Shown here: positions 36,827 to 45,442 of the stretch, in pieces | Layout: every line of letters starts with the position of its first letter | Numbering within the stretch: position 1 is the first letter of the stretch | Assembly: GCA_021325025.1 (NCBI GenBank) | Contig: JAJPHZ010000004.1 | Location: 2,927-66,926, forward strand | DNA length: 64,000 nucleotides | Source: Pseudomonadota bacterium | GTDB lineage: Bacteria > Desulfobacterota > Binatia > Binatales > Binataceae | Reading direction: 5' to 3' | Translations under genes and position numbers: made by a program | The notes under the pieces: model-generated | The model's database searches: none | Told to the model about the DNA's origin: nothing | What the model saw: only the letters and a program-made list of their open reading frames with translations

Positions 36827-37798
36827 TTGGCCGGATTCCAATCTGAACGGGCTGCCATAATTCTGGCCGGAGGCGAGGGCAGGCGGCGGTATGCGCCGAC
36901 CCGTGAGCTTCCTGGCGAGCGGATCCCCAAGCAATTCTGCCGATTCCGGGGCCCGCTTACGCCCTTGGAGCAGAGTTGGCGGCGGGCCGCGATGCTGATC
37001 GAGCCGCGTCGTACGCTGACCGTCGTAACGGCCCACCATGCGCGCTTCTACACTCCGTTGCTGCAGGGCCTCAGAAGCGCCGGCGTGGCCGTGCAGCCGT
37101 TCAATTGCGGTACCGCCCCCGCCATCCTCTATGCTCTGATCCGGCTTAAGAAACTCGCGCCCGGCTGCTCGGTGGCGATGTTTCCCTGCGACCATTTCGT
37201 GGGCGATGACTGGCAGTTCATGCTCCACGTTGAACGGGCTTTCCGCACCGTGGACGCGCGCCCCGAAAAGACCATCGTGCTGGGCGTGGAACCTGACGAA
37301 CCCGATCCGCAATATGGATGGATCCAGCCCGGCCAGATGTTGGCCAATCAGTCCGAGCCGGTCAGGCAGGTGCGCAGTTTCTGGGAGAAGCCGCCCGCGG
37401 CAGTGGCACGCCACCTGATGTGGTCAGGATGGCTGTGGAGTGGCTTCGTGGTCGTGGCGCGTCTGTCCACCTTTTTGGGCCTGTTCCTGATCGCGATGCC
37501 GGATCTGTACGAAGCCTTCCGCGCCGTCGAGCCCGAACTGGGCACGCCAGCCGAAACAGCGCGCCTGCGGCGTCTGTACGCGCGCATCGCAGCTTCGGAT
37601 TTTTCCGACGCGGTGCTGGCCAAGTGCGCGTTTAATCTTGCGGTGCTTCAACTCAGCGGCGTGGACTTTATAGAATTGGGCGAATCGCGCCTGGCACGGG
37701 TGGTGGGCGAAGACCTTTCCTCGCCGTTTCAGCCCTCGGCCTTTGCACGCAAACGGCCCGCCCAGGCCGGACCGCAAGGCAGCGCCGGCAATCTGTAA
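36827..37798 (+). CDS. Sugar-phosphate nucleotidyltransferase (mannose-1-phosphate guanylyltransferase-like N-domain)
   Basis: 323-aa ORF (TTG start, GGAGGA upstream). AAIILAGGEGRR...PKQF...GTAPAILYAL...MFPCDHFV...LGVEPDEPDPQYGWIQ resembles ManC/GMP N-terminal domains. The G-loop is atypical. Confidence 0.65.
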   Translation: MAGFQSERAAIILAGGEGRRRYAPTRELPGERIPKQFCRFRGPLTPLEQSWRRAAMLIEPRRTLTVVTAHHARFYTPLLQGLRSAGVAVQPFNCGTAPAILYALIRLKKLAPGCSVAMFPCDHFVGDDWQFMLHVERAFRTVDARPEKTIVLGVEPDEPDPQYGWIQPGQMLANQSEPVRQVRSFWEKPPAAVARHLMWSGWLWSGFVVVARLSTFLGLFLIAMPDLYEAFRAVEPELGTPAETARLRRLYARIAASDFSDAVLAKCAFNLAVLQLSGVDFIELGESRLARVVGEDLSSPFQPSAFARKRPAQAGPQGSAGNL

Positions 37799-37904
37799 CG
37801 GCTTGCCAATCGTTGCAGCCACCATCGCCATCAAGTATTGCAATGTCCAGCAGCATCAAGTCGTGCCGCGTGGATAATCGCGGCCAGCAAGGCATGAGGC
37901 AGTC

Positions 37905-38843
37905 GTGGAATATCGCAATCTTGGCAAATCGGGTCTGAAGGTCTCAACGGTTGGACTGGGATGCAACAATTTCGGCATGCGCATCGACGCCGAGGCGGCG
38001 CGTGCCGTGGTCGCGCGCGCGCTTGACGAAGGTATCACGCTGTTCGACACCGCCGACATCTACGGCGGGCGGGGGGCCTCCGAAGAAGCGCTGGGCAAGG
38101 CGCTGGGCGAGCAGCGGCGCAACGTGATCGTCGCCACCAAATTCGGGATGCCCTTCGGCAAGGGGCCCTACCTGCGCGGCGCCTCGCGCCGCTACATCTT
38201 GGCTTCGGTGGAGGGGAGCCTGCGGCGGCTTGGCACCGATTATATCGACCTCTATCAGATCCATCAGCCCGACCCCGAAACGCCGCAGGAAGAAACCCTC
38301 GAGGCGCTCACCGACCTGGTGCGGGCCGGCAAGGTGCGCTACATCGGATGCTCGAACTTCGCGGCCTGGGAGCTGGTCGAATCGTTGTGGCTGGCAGACC
38401 GGCGAAATCTTGCTTCCTACGTCTCGGCGCAAAACGAATACAGTCTGTTGGAGCGGTCGGTGGAAAAGGAGTTGGTGCCTGCCTGCCGGCGCTTTGGGGT
38501 CGGAATCCTGCCCTACTTTCCGCTCGCCAGCGGCTTACTGACCGGCAAATACCAGCGCGGCGTCGAGCCGCCCAAAGACACCCGCTTCGGCGCGATGAAG
38601 CAGTTGGGCGAGCGCTACGCTACCGAAGCCAACTGGGCCCGAATCGACCGGCTCGAAGGCTTCGCGCGTGGGCGCGGCCACAGCCTGCTGGAGTTGGCGA
38701 TGAGCTGGCTGGCGGCCAATCCCTGCGTCTCAAGCGTAATCGCCGGAGCCACCAAGCCCGAACAGATCAGCGCCAACGCCAAAGCCGCCGACTGGAAACT
38801 GACCCCCGATGACCTGACCGAAATCGACCGCCTGCTCAAGTAG
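37905..38843 (+). CDS. Aldo/keto reductase
   Basis: 312-aa ORF (GTG start). YRNLGKSGLKVSTVGLGCNNFG...FDTADIYG...IDLYQIH.P... Confidence 0.9.
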   Translation: MEYRNLGKSGLKVSTVGLGCNNFGMRIDAEAARAVVARALDEGITLFDTADIYGGRGASEEALGKALGEQRRNVIVATKFGMPFGKGPYLRGASRRYILASVEGSLRRLGTDYIDLYQIHQPDPETPQEETLEALTDLVRAGKVRYIGCSNFAAWELVESLWLADRRNLASYVSAQNEYSLLERSVEKELVPACRRFGVGILPYFPLASGLLTGKYQRGVEPPKDTRFGAMKQLGERYATEANWARIDRLEGFARGRGHSLLELAMSWLAANPCVSSVIAGATKPEQISANAKAADWKLTPDDLTEIDRLLK

Positions 38844-39149
38844 GCAAACTCACCGCAGCCTGCCTGTTCGGCCTCTGAACACGACCGGGCGGCGCCTGCC
38901 GGTGCGCCGCCGTGCACCCACCCGCTCGCGCTCCGCACTGAGGCGCCACCGGGCGGTTGGTGAACCATACCCAAATGGAGAGAAGTAGGCGTTGTTAGTG
39001 ATGAAGAAGAATTTGACATTTGTTCTCTATTGAAATAAGTCTTGATAAATAAAAATCAAGAACAGGCATCGATGTGATCGGTTGGCTAGGTTTGATGTTC
39101 TGGCGACGGACACCGGTGAGCCCCGCCTGCTCGCCCAAAGGGAACTGCC

Positions 39150-41567
39150 ATGCACAAAAACAAAGCCGCCTTGATGCTCAACGCTGCAGCGGTGCTGCTG
39201 TCTGCCCTGGCCCTCGCGTGGCTGCCGCAATCCGCCTCAGGCGCAGACCTTGCGCTGAGCGAGCCGGACTTGTCCTCCGCTCTGCCGGGCGACAACCCGG
39301 TCAAGCAGGCCTGCCTGCAACCGGCCGCGGCAAAGAACCCTCATTGCCAACCCAGGTCGTTGGGCCCCACGCGCTTTTCCGGACGCGTGCGGGCGTTGGT
39401 GGTGCGGCCTGACGACTCCAACACGATTTGGGCCGCGACCGCCAGCGGCGGCTTGTGGGTGACTCACGACGCGGGCAGCACCTGGAGCCATGCCAGCGAT
39501 GTGATGCGCACACTGGTGTTCAGCTCGCTGGCCATCGATCCCAACAACCCCAACGTCATGTATGCCGGTTCGGGAGAGATCCACACCACGCTGCATCTGC
39601 TGGATGCGACGCACACGGCGCCGGGCAGCGATGCCGGGCTGACCTTGCGCGGCCCGCGCCGGGGCGCCGGGATCTTCAAGACCACCGACGGCGGCGTGCA
39701 TTGGAACGAACTGACCAACACGACGCTGAGCCCCGACTTCTTCTTCGTCAGCCGCGTCGCCGTATCACCGCTGAATTCCAACATCGTACTGGCCGCGACC
39801 ACCACCGGACTGTGGCGGAGCACCGACGGCGGGGTCAACTGGACGCGCGCGCTCAAGCGGGTCACGACCCCGGCTGGCACGCTGCTGGTGGCGCTGACCG
39901 GAGTTTTTCTCGACGTCAAGTTTCATTCCCACGATCCCGCCAACGTGGTCGCCGCCGGCCTCGATGGGCAGGTATTTTTTGCCACCGATGGCGGCGCCAT
40001 CTTCAATCCGTCCACGCTTCCACCTGCGCCGGCCGGTGTCCCGGCTACTCCGACCCGGGTCGAACTCGCCTTCTTGCGCAGTCAGGCCGACGTGTGGTTT
40101 GCGCTTGAGCTGTTCAGCAAGAACTCCGGCGAAGATCCGATGGTCGTACTGCGTTCCACCAACGGCGGGGCCAATTTTGCGATACGCAGCAACCCCGCCG
40201 TAATTCCCTGCGGCAACAATCGGCTTTATTCGGGCGCGCTGTTCGTCTCCGATTTCGGCTCCAATGTGTTCGTGGGCGGGACTGAACTGTGCCGCAGCGA
40301 CAATGGCGGCGTCAGCTTCGCCAAAGTCTTCGGCAGTGACATCCACAACGACTACCACTCGATCGTTCGAGGCGGCAACGATATCCTGGGCAACGGCACC
40401 ATTTTCATCGGCAATGACGGAGGCATATTCCGGATCCTGGATCCGTCGCGGCTTACTTTTACCGCACCGGTTGACGCGGCGGTGCTCAATTTGAACAACG
40501 GACTGGTCAACCAGCAATTCCAGGGCGCGTCGATGAATTCCGCCGGAATCATCGTCGGCGGCGCCCAGGACATCGGCACTTTGCACCGCGGGACCGACGG
40601 GACATGGACGGAGCTGTTCGGCGGTCCCGGCGGCAGCGACGGCCCGCCCACCGCTGCCGACCCCAGCGCTGCGGATTTGTTCTACTTCGGCAAGTCGGTG
40701 GCGCGCCTGTACCGATCGACCGCCCTGGGCGGAAAGGAATGTATCGCGGGCGCCTCGGGCTTCCCGCTGCTCGACATGCACGACGACGGAGCGCAGTGCT
40801 CGCCGCGCAATCCGCCCGGGTGCGATCCGCTCAGCGCCAGCTGCAAAACGCTCGCCACCGGACGCTGTCTGGGGGCGAACCCGATCGTGCTCGATCCCAC
40901 CGATCCCAACATTCTCTATGTCGGCTGTGAGCGGCTGTGGCGCACCATCGACGTCAAGTCATCGCCGTCGTTGATCGACTGGTTCGTGATCAAGCCGGTC
41001 GACTCGAGTTCCCCCGACGAAGCCCTGATCAGCGCGATTGCGCTGGCGCCCTCGGACCGCAATGTCATGTGGGTGGGAACTCTGCACGCCAGCCTGACCC
41101 CACCCGGCGACCTGTGGATGACCACGCAACTGCGGGCCTCGCTTCCGACGCTGTTGGGAAGCTGGCAGAAGGTCACCGATTCGATCCTGCCCGCGCGGCC
41201 GGTCTCCGCCATCGCCGTTCATCCGACGACTACGTCGCGGGTTTATGTCTCGTACTCCGGATGGGCGTCGGCCGGGATGACCACGCCATCTCACAATCTG
41301 TTCCGCGGAGTTAAGGGAACCGACGGTAAGTTCCATTTCGCCGATATCTCGGCCGGCCTGCCGCCGGGTCCGGTTTACTGCGTAGCTCTCAATGGCAGCG
41401 GCCGGATCGCCGCTGGAACGGAGTTCGGAGTCAGGCTATCGAGCGACGACGGTGCGACCTGGTCGTTGGCGGGTCCCCGGGTTGCGGTGGCGGGGACAAC
41501 CTGGATTGACGCTCACCACCTGCTGGTCGCTTCCTATGGCCGCGGTGTTTTCCAGCTGACCCTCTAA
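39150..41567 (+). CDS. Exported BNR/Asp-box repeat protein (multi-propeller, sialidase/Vps10-like superfamily)
   Basis: 805-aa ORF. Signal peptide ...PQSASGADL. Repeated S-x-D-x-G-x-(T/S)-W boxes (THDAGSTWS, TTDGGVHWN, STDGGVNWT, STNGGANF, SDNGGVSF, SDDGATWS). Confidence 0.75.
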   Translation: MHKNKAALMLNAAAVLLSALALAWLPQSASGADLALSEPDLSSALPGDNPVKQACLQPAAAKNPHCQPRSLGPTRFSGRVRALVVRPDDSNTIWAATASGGLWVTHDAGSTWSHASDVMRTLVFSSLAIDPNNPNVMYAGSGEIHTTLHLLDATHTAPGSDAGLTLRGPRRGAGIFKTTDGGVHWNELTNTTLSPDFFFVSRVAVSPLNSNIVLAATTTGLWRSTDGGVNWTRALKRVTTPAGTLLVALTGVFLDVKFHSHDPANVVAAGLDGQVFFATDGGAIFNPSTLPPAPAGVPATPTRVELAFLRSQADVWFALELFSKNSGEDPMVVLRSTNGGANFAIRSNPAVIPCGNNRLYSGALFVSDFGSNVFVGGTELCRSDNGGVSFAKVFGSDIHNDYHSIVRGGNDILGNGTIFIGNDGGIFRILDPSRLTFTAPVDAAVLNLNNGLVNQQFQGASMNSAGIIVGGAQDIGTLHRGTDGTWTELFGGPGGSDGPPTAADPSAADLFYFGKSVARLYRSTALGGKECIAGASGFPLLDMHDDGAQCSPRNPPGCDPLSASCKTLATGRCLGANPIVLDPTDPNILYVGCERLWRTIDVKSSPSLIDWFVIKPVDSSSPDEALISAIALAPSDRNVMWVGTLHASLTPPGDLWMTTQLRASLPTLLGSWQKVTDSILPARPVSAIAVHPTTTSRVYVSYSGWASAGMTTPSHNLFRGVKGTDGKFHFADISAGLPPGPVYCVALNGSGRIAAGTEFGVRLSSDDGATWSLAGPRVAVAGTTWIDAHHLLVASYGRGVFQLTL

Positions 41568-41593
41568 GCGGAGGGGGGCCTTTCGCGGCGTGC

Positions 41594-41632
41594 AAAAAAA
41601 AAGGCGCCCGAGCCACGGAGGGCTCGGACGCC
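41594..41632 (-). terminator. Rho-independent terminator for the two small minus-strand genes (possibly bidirectional)
   Basis: On the minus strand, GGCGTCCGAGCC-CTCCGT-GGCTCGGGCGCC is followed by T9 (A9 run at 41594-41602 on the plus strand). It lies 52 nt downstream of the 54-codon ORF stop. Confidence 0.8.
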
Positions 41633-41683
41633 GTTGTTTCGCACAAACGCCGGTTGCCGGGCGTCATCGCTGGACGCCCACCT

Positions 41684-41848
41684 TCAGGCCGCGCTGCGCA
41701 GGCCCAAGTGCTCCGTGCCCTTGGCGCGCCCGGAGGGAATTTCCTGCGGGCCCGAAGGCCGATAGCGTGGACCCCACAGATACCAGTCCGCCGCCATCAG
41801 CACCGCACCCAGCACAACCAGTCCCACCCATATCGATGTCATAAGCAT
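41684..41848 (-). CDS. Small (54-aa) single-TM membrane protein, below the ORF-track length cut-off
   Basis: My translation is MLMTSIWVGLVVLGAVLMAADWYLWGPRYRPSGPQEIPSGRAKGTEHLGLRSAA. AAGGAGAAAAGGAAA precedes the ATG at 41848. It lies 65 nt downstream of the previous gene and is followed by a strong terminator. Confidence 0.4.
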   Translation of the reverse strand: MLMTSIWVGLVVLGAVLMAADWYLWGPRYRPSGPQEIPSGRAKGTEHLGLRSAA

Positions 41849-41913
41849 TTTCCTTTTCTCCTTGCTTGCGGTTTAGCCCGGGCGAGGCGCTTCACCATTC
41901 CTCTGTTGCTCTG

Positions 41914-42267
41914 TCACAGGCTCGATACCGAGATTGCGATCGCGGCGATCAGTCCCGCGGTAAGCACCCCCAGGATCGCCAGTGTGCCGAGCATCCAGGC
42001 CAGTAAGCCCCGCGACGCACCGGGCGCCTTGGCGCTGCGCCTGAATTTCAACCATTGCTCGAAGTTCTCGCAGTTCTCGGCCAGCGCCAGGTAATCCGCC
42101 ATCTGCTCCTCGGTAATGTCGGGCTGGCGCAGACGTTTCTTGTGCGCCAGATAGCGCATTCTGTCGATCAGGTCGCGGTCGCTATCGGCATTGAGTTCCG
42201 CCCGGATTCGGGCCGGAAGCTCCTCGTACGAGCCCACGCTTGGGTCCCCTAACGGTCCTGTATCCAT
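41914..42267 (-). CDS. Hypothetical C-terminally membrane-anchored protein (117 aa)
   Basis: ORF 41914..42543, but the N-terminal 92 codons look like non-coding spacer. Start from MDTGPLGDPSVGSYEEL (ATG at 42267). Acidic/helical body and C-terminal TM LLAWMLGTLAILGVLTAGLIAAIAI. No family recognised. Confidence 0.45.
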   Translation of the reverse strand: MDTGPLGDPSVGSYEELPARIRAELNADSDRDLIDRMRYLAHKKRLRQPDITEEQMADYLALAENCENFEQWLKFRRSAKAPGASRGLLAWMLGTLAILGVLTAGLIAAIAISVSSL

Positions 42268-42390
42268 TGGTCGGTAGGCAAACCCTACTGAAGACACTGC
42301 ACAAAACTCCCTTCCCCCGATTGGCAGTTGCCGGACCCCACATCCGGGCCGCCGGTCTAAAGTCCTCCTTGTTTCGACCACATCAATAAA

Positions 42391-42434
42391 ACTAGACACA
42401 ACGTCTCGTCTAGTCAAGACGGGCCGTCTCGTCT
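42391..42434. promoter_or_regulatory. Cluster of repeats: ACTAGAC-N10-GTCTAGT, AGACGG-G-CCGTCT, and direct repeat CGTCTCGTCT x2
   Basis: Read directly from the sequence. A related CTAGACGAAACGGTCCGTT (palindrome AACGG-T-CCGTT, 42639-42649) lies ~55 nt upstream of the TetR gene at 42704. Confidence 0.4.
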
Positions 42435-42703
42435 CGCCGAGATTTCCGGGACAAGTTCCTAATCGCCCGGAGACGCGAGCCAAGGAGGGTAAAGCCATGG
42501 CGATGCGCAGGTGTATCCCTGCGCAAGCAGCCCCGTCGGTCAAACTCGGTTCCGGGTCAAAGCATCGGGTGGGTAGGCCAGGCTCAAATGCCGGGTGGTC
42601 TGACGGCGTTGAAAAAAAGGTGCGGTCAGCCTAGACGAAACGGTCCGTTCATGTTAAGGAGTAGCCGCACTATTTTTAATAGATGTGTTAAGATTTAGTT
42701 ACA

Positions 42704-43366
42704 ATGTCGGTGACGGAAGACCATTCAACCCGCCCTCAAGCCCAAACGGAGGCGAGCGGTTTTTCCAGCTCGCGCCGCAGCAAACGGGCGCACGAAGCAA
42801 TTCTCAATGCTGCCGCTGAGCTGTTTCTCGAACGCCCCTATTCCGACGTCTGCATCGAGGCAATCGCGGCACGTGCCGGGGTTGGCAAGCAGACCATTTA
42901 TCGATGGTGGAATTCCAAGGCTGCCGTGTTGATGGAGGCGTGTGCGGCGATCGTCGCCCGCGAGGTACCGCTGCCCGATAAGGGCTCCTTCGTCGAAGAC
43001 CTCCGGGATTACCTGAGTCATCTCTGTTCTTTCTTCAACAGTCAACTGCCCAGACCGGTGATCGCCGGTTTGTTGGCCGAAGCGCAATGCAACGCCGAAC
43101 TGGCGCGTGCATTTCACGAACGGCTGTTGATGCAGCGGCGAGTCGTGCTGCACACCATCTTGCAGCGCGCAGTAGGACGCGGGGAACTGCGTCCGGGGCT
43201 CGACCTCGACGTGCTCATGGACATGATCCACGGCGCGCTGTGGTACCGCACCCTGATCCTCAAGGCACCGCTGGATGAAGGGTTCGTCCAGGGCCTAATC
43301 GCGCAGGTGATGGCCGGGTGTGCGGCACCCAAGCCGCCCCCCGACAAGCCTTTGCCGCCCGCCTGA
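42704..43366 (+). CDS. TetR/AcrR family transcriptional regulator
   Basis: 220-aa ORF. HTH AILNAAAELFLERPYSDVCIEAIAARAGVGKQTIYRWWNSKAAV. No SD upstream of the ATG and an AT-rich stretch immediately 5', so possibly a leaderless or short-leader mRNA. Confidence 0.85.
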   Translation: MSVTEDHSTRPQAQTEASGFSSSRRSKRAHEAILNAAAELFLERPYSDVCIEAIAARAGVGKQTIYRWWNSKAAVLMEACAAIVAREVPLPDKGSFVEDLRDYLSHLCSFFNSQLPRPVIAGLLAEAQCNAELARAFHERLLMQRRVVLHTILQRAVGRGELRPGLDLDVLMDMIHGALWYRTLILKAPLDEGFVQGLIAQVMAGCAAPKPPPDKPLPPA

Positions 43367-43511
43367 GACTCTCCGCTCGACAAACAACTCGACATTGTTT
43401 TTTTTGCCATCCATCCCGGCTTTGCTTGTGAGAGGGTTCGGGGTGTGCTTGGCTTCGGCCCGGATGCCATATTCGAACGGGCGCTCCGGGTCGGATAGGA
43501 GGTTTCTGCGC

Positions 43512-44270
43512 ATGGCTTTACTTAAGGACAAGGTGGCCCTTGTCACCGGCGGCGGTTCCGGAATCGGACGCGCCACGGCCCTGATTTTCGCGCGCGAAGG
43601 GGCCAAACTGGTGGTCGCGGATTTGAATCGCAAGGGGGCTGAGGAGACCGTCGCGATGGTTGCGAAGGCCGGCACCGAGGCCATCACCGTTGAATGCGAT
43701 GTGCTCAAGCCGGGCGCCGCGGAGGAGTTGGTCCGCCGGGCGGTCAACCATTTCGGCCGCCTGGACTGCGCGTTCAACAATGCCGGCGTAGCCGGTGAGT
43801 TGGCCCGCACCGCCGAAAGCACCGAGGAAAATTGGGATTTCGTGGTCGGCGTCGACCTGAAATCGGTGTGGCTGTGCATGAAGCACGAGATTGCGCAGAT
43901 GCTCAAGCAAAAGAGCGGCGCAATCGTCAACACCGCCTCGATCGCGGGCCTGGGCGCCAATCCGCTCGGAATCGCTTACAGCGCCGCTAAGCACGGCGTG
44001 CTCGGACTGACCCGCACGGCCGCGGTGGAGTACGCCAAGATTCCCATCCGGGTCAACGCCGTGTGCCCGGGCGTAACGCAAACGCCGATGGTGGAGGCGG
44101 GAATCGCCAGGCGGCCCAGTATGCGGGCGGTCTTCAACAAGCTGCATCCGATGGGCCGCCTGGGGCGTGCGGAGGAAATCGGCGAAGCGGTGGCCTGGCT
44201 GTGCTCGGATGCCGCCTCGTTCGTCACTGGAGTAGCTTTGCCGGTCGACGGCGGATTCACCGCTATCTAG
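43512..44270 (+). CDS. Short-chain dehydrogenase/reductase (classical SDR)
   Basis: ORF 43320..44270. Start is MALLKDKVALVTGGGSGIGRA (ATG at 43512, AGGAGG upstream). NNAG and the YSAAK catalytic motif. Confidence 0.9.
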   Translation: MALLKDKVALVTGGGSGIGRATALIFAREGAKLVVADLNRKGAEETVAMVAKAGTEAITVECDVLKPGAAEELVRRAVNHFGRLDCAFNNAGVAGELARTAESTEENWDFVVGVDLKSVWLCMKHEIAQMLKQKSGAIVNTASIAGLGANPLGIAYSAAKHGVLGLTRTAAVEYAKIPIRVNAVCPGVTQTPMVEAGIARRPSMRAVFNKLHPMGRLGRAEEIGEAVAWLCSDAASFVTGVALPVDGGFTAI

Positions 44271-44342
44271 CCAAGTTTCCAACGGTCCGGGTCGCGAGCT
44301 TCGCGCCGGCGCAACTAAATATACGATGAGGTCAAAAGGAAG

Positions 44343-45107
44343 ATGAGACTGGCGGACAAGGTGGCTTTGATTACCGGAGCCGGCTCCGGGATGGGCAAGG
44401 CGGCGGCGCTGCTGTTCGCTGCCGAGGGCGCCGCGGTGGCGGTGATCGATATCGACGAGGCGGCCGCGCTCGAAGTCGCCCGTGAGATTACCAACCGGGG
44501 CGGCAAGGCGTTCGGTATGCGGGCCGACGTCTCCAATCCGGCCGACGCCGAACGGATGGTGGAAGAGACCGTTAAACGCTTCGGCAAGCTCAACGTGCTC
44601 TACAACAACGCCGGCATCGAGGGCGAAGCCAACCTGACCGCCCGCTTCAGCGTGGAAGGCTTCGACCGTGTCATCGGGATCAACCTGCGCGGCGTATGGT
44701 TAGGGATGAAGTACGCGATCCCGCACATGATCAAGGCCGGTGGCGGATCGATTATCAACACCTCCTCCACTGCGGGTTTGTCCGGCGTGAAAGGTGGATG
44801 CGCCTACGCGGCGGCCAAGCACGGCGTAATCGGCCTGACCAAAACGGCGGCGCTGGAGTACGGACGGCGCAACATCCGGGTCAACGCGATTTGCCCCGGG
44901 CCGATCGCAACGCCGCTGCTCGAGCGCATCGCCGCCTACCAGAAATCGCGCGAGGTGACGGTGGAAAGCATGGGCGCCAATACCCCCATGGGACGGCCGG
45001 GCGCGCCGGAGGAAATCGCCAAAGTGGCATTGTTCCTGGCCAGCGACGAGGCGTCTTACGCCAACGGCGGCATCTTCGCCATCGACGGCGGCCAGACCGC
45101 AAGCTGA
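44343..45107 (+). CDS. Short-chain dehydrogenase/reductase (classical SDR), tandem to the previous one
   Basis: 254-aa ORF. KVALITGAGSGMGKA, NNAG, YAAAK. Confidence 0.9.
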   Translation: MRLADKVALITGAGSGMGKAAALLFAAEGAAVAVIDIDEAAALEVAREITNRGGKAFGMRADVSNPADAERMVEETVKRFGKLNVLYNNAGIEGEANLTARFSVEGFDRVIGINLRGVWLGMKYAIPHMIKAGGGSIINTSSTAGLSGVKGGCAYAAAKHGVIGLTKTAALEYGRRNIRVNAICPGPIATPLLERIAAYQKSREVTVESMGANTPMGRPGAPEEIAKVALFLASDEASYANGGIFAIDGGQTAS

Positions 45108-45224
45108 CCCCCAAGGCGCGGCTTTTCGTTGCCAGGATTCGCGACGGCTGTGTTGTCATGCCGTCAAATCCGCGACGACTCGCCGCGCCTCTCCGCCCTC
45201 GTACACGAAGTGGAACAAACCCTG

Positions 45225-45260
45225 AAAAAACTGCACGTTGCACGTGGGCCTGACGTGCAG
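45225..45260 (-). terminator. Stem-loop with flanking A6/T-tract; terminator-like mainly for minus-strand transcription
   Basis: Plus strand reads AAAAAA-CTGCACGT-(14 nt)-ACGTGCAG-GTCTTTG, so on the minus strand the 8-bp stem is followed by TTTTTT. No annotated minus-strand gene lies upstream of it. Confidence 0.4.
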
Positions 45261-45363
45261 GTCTTTGCCCTGCTCTGACCGCAAAGTTGCGGTTTTCAAG
45301 CAAAATCCAGTCAAAATAGCGGTCTTCCAGTCAGTCCGGATACCGGCACGAGCCTTGCTCTTA

Positions 45364-45392
45364 GTTTACGGTGTCCGGCACGGACCGTAAAC
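45364..45392. promoter_or_regulatory. Near-perfect 29-nt palindrome (GTTTACGGTGTCCG-GCA-CGGACCGTAAAC) upstream of the OmpA-like gene
   Basis: Arms are complementary with a single bulge. Read on either strand it gives TTTACG-N17-TAAAC(T/G), a sigma70-like -35/-10 arrangement, so it could be a divergent promoter/operator. Confidence 0.35.
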
Positions 45393-45442
45393 GAGAACCT
45401 GGTGCCAGCCGTCCCAACACCGTGTCAGGAGGTCGGGCTATC

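Noticed and set aside
41914-42543. Full 209-aa version of the ORF upstream of the small membrane genes.
   Set aside because: The N-terminal 92 codons run through the repeat-rich spacer, look non-protein-like (RRPVLTRRDVVSSFIDVVETRRTLDRRPGCGV) and overlap the strong-SD plus-strand mini-ORF. The internal ATG at 42267 gives a more plausible protein.
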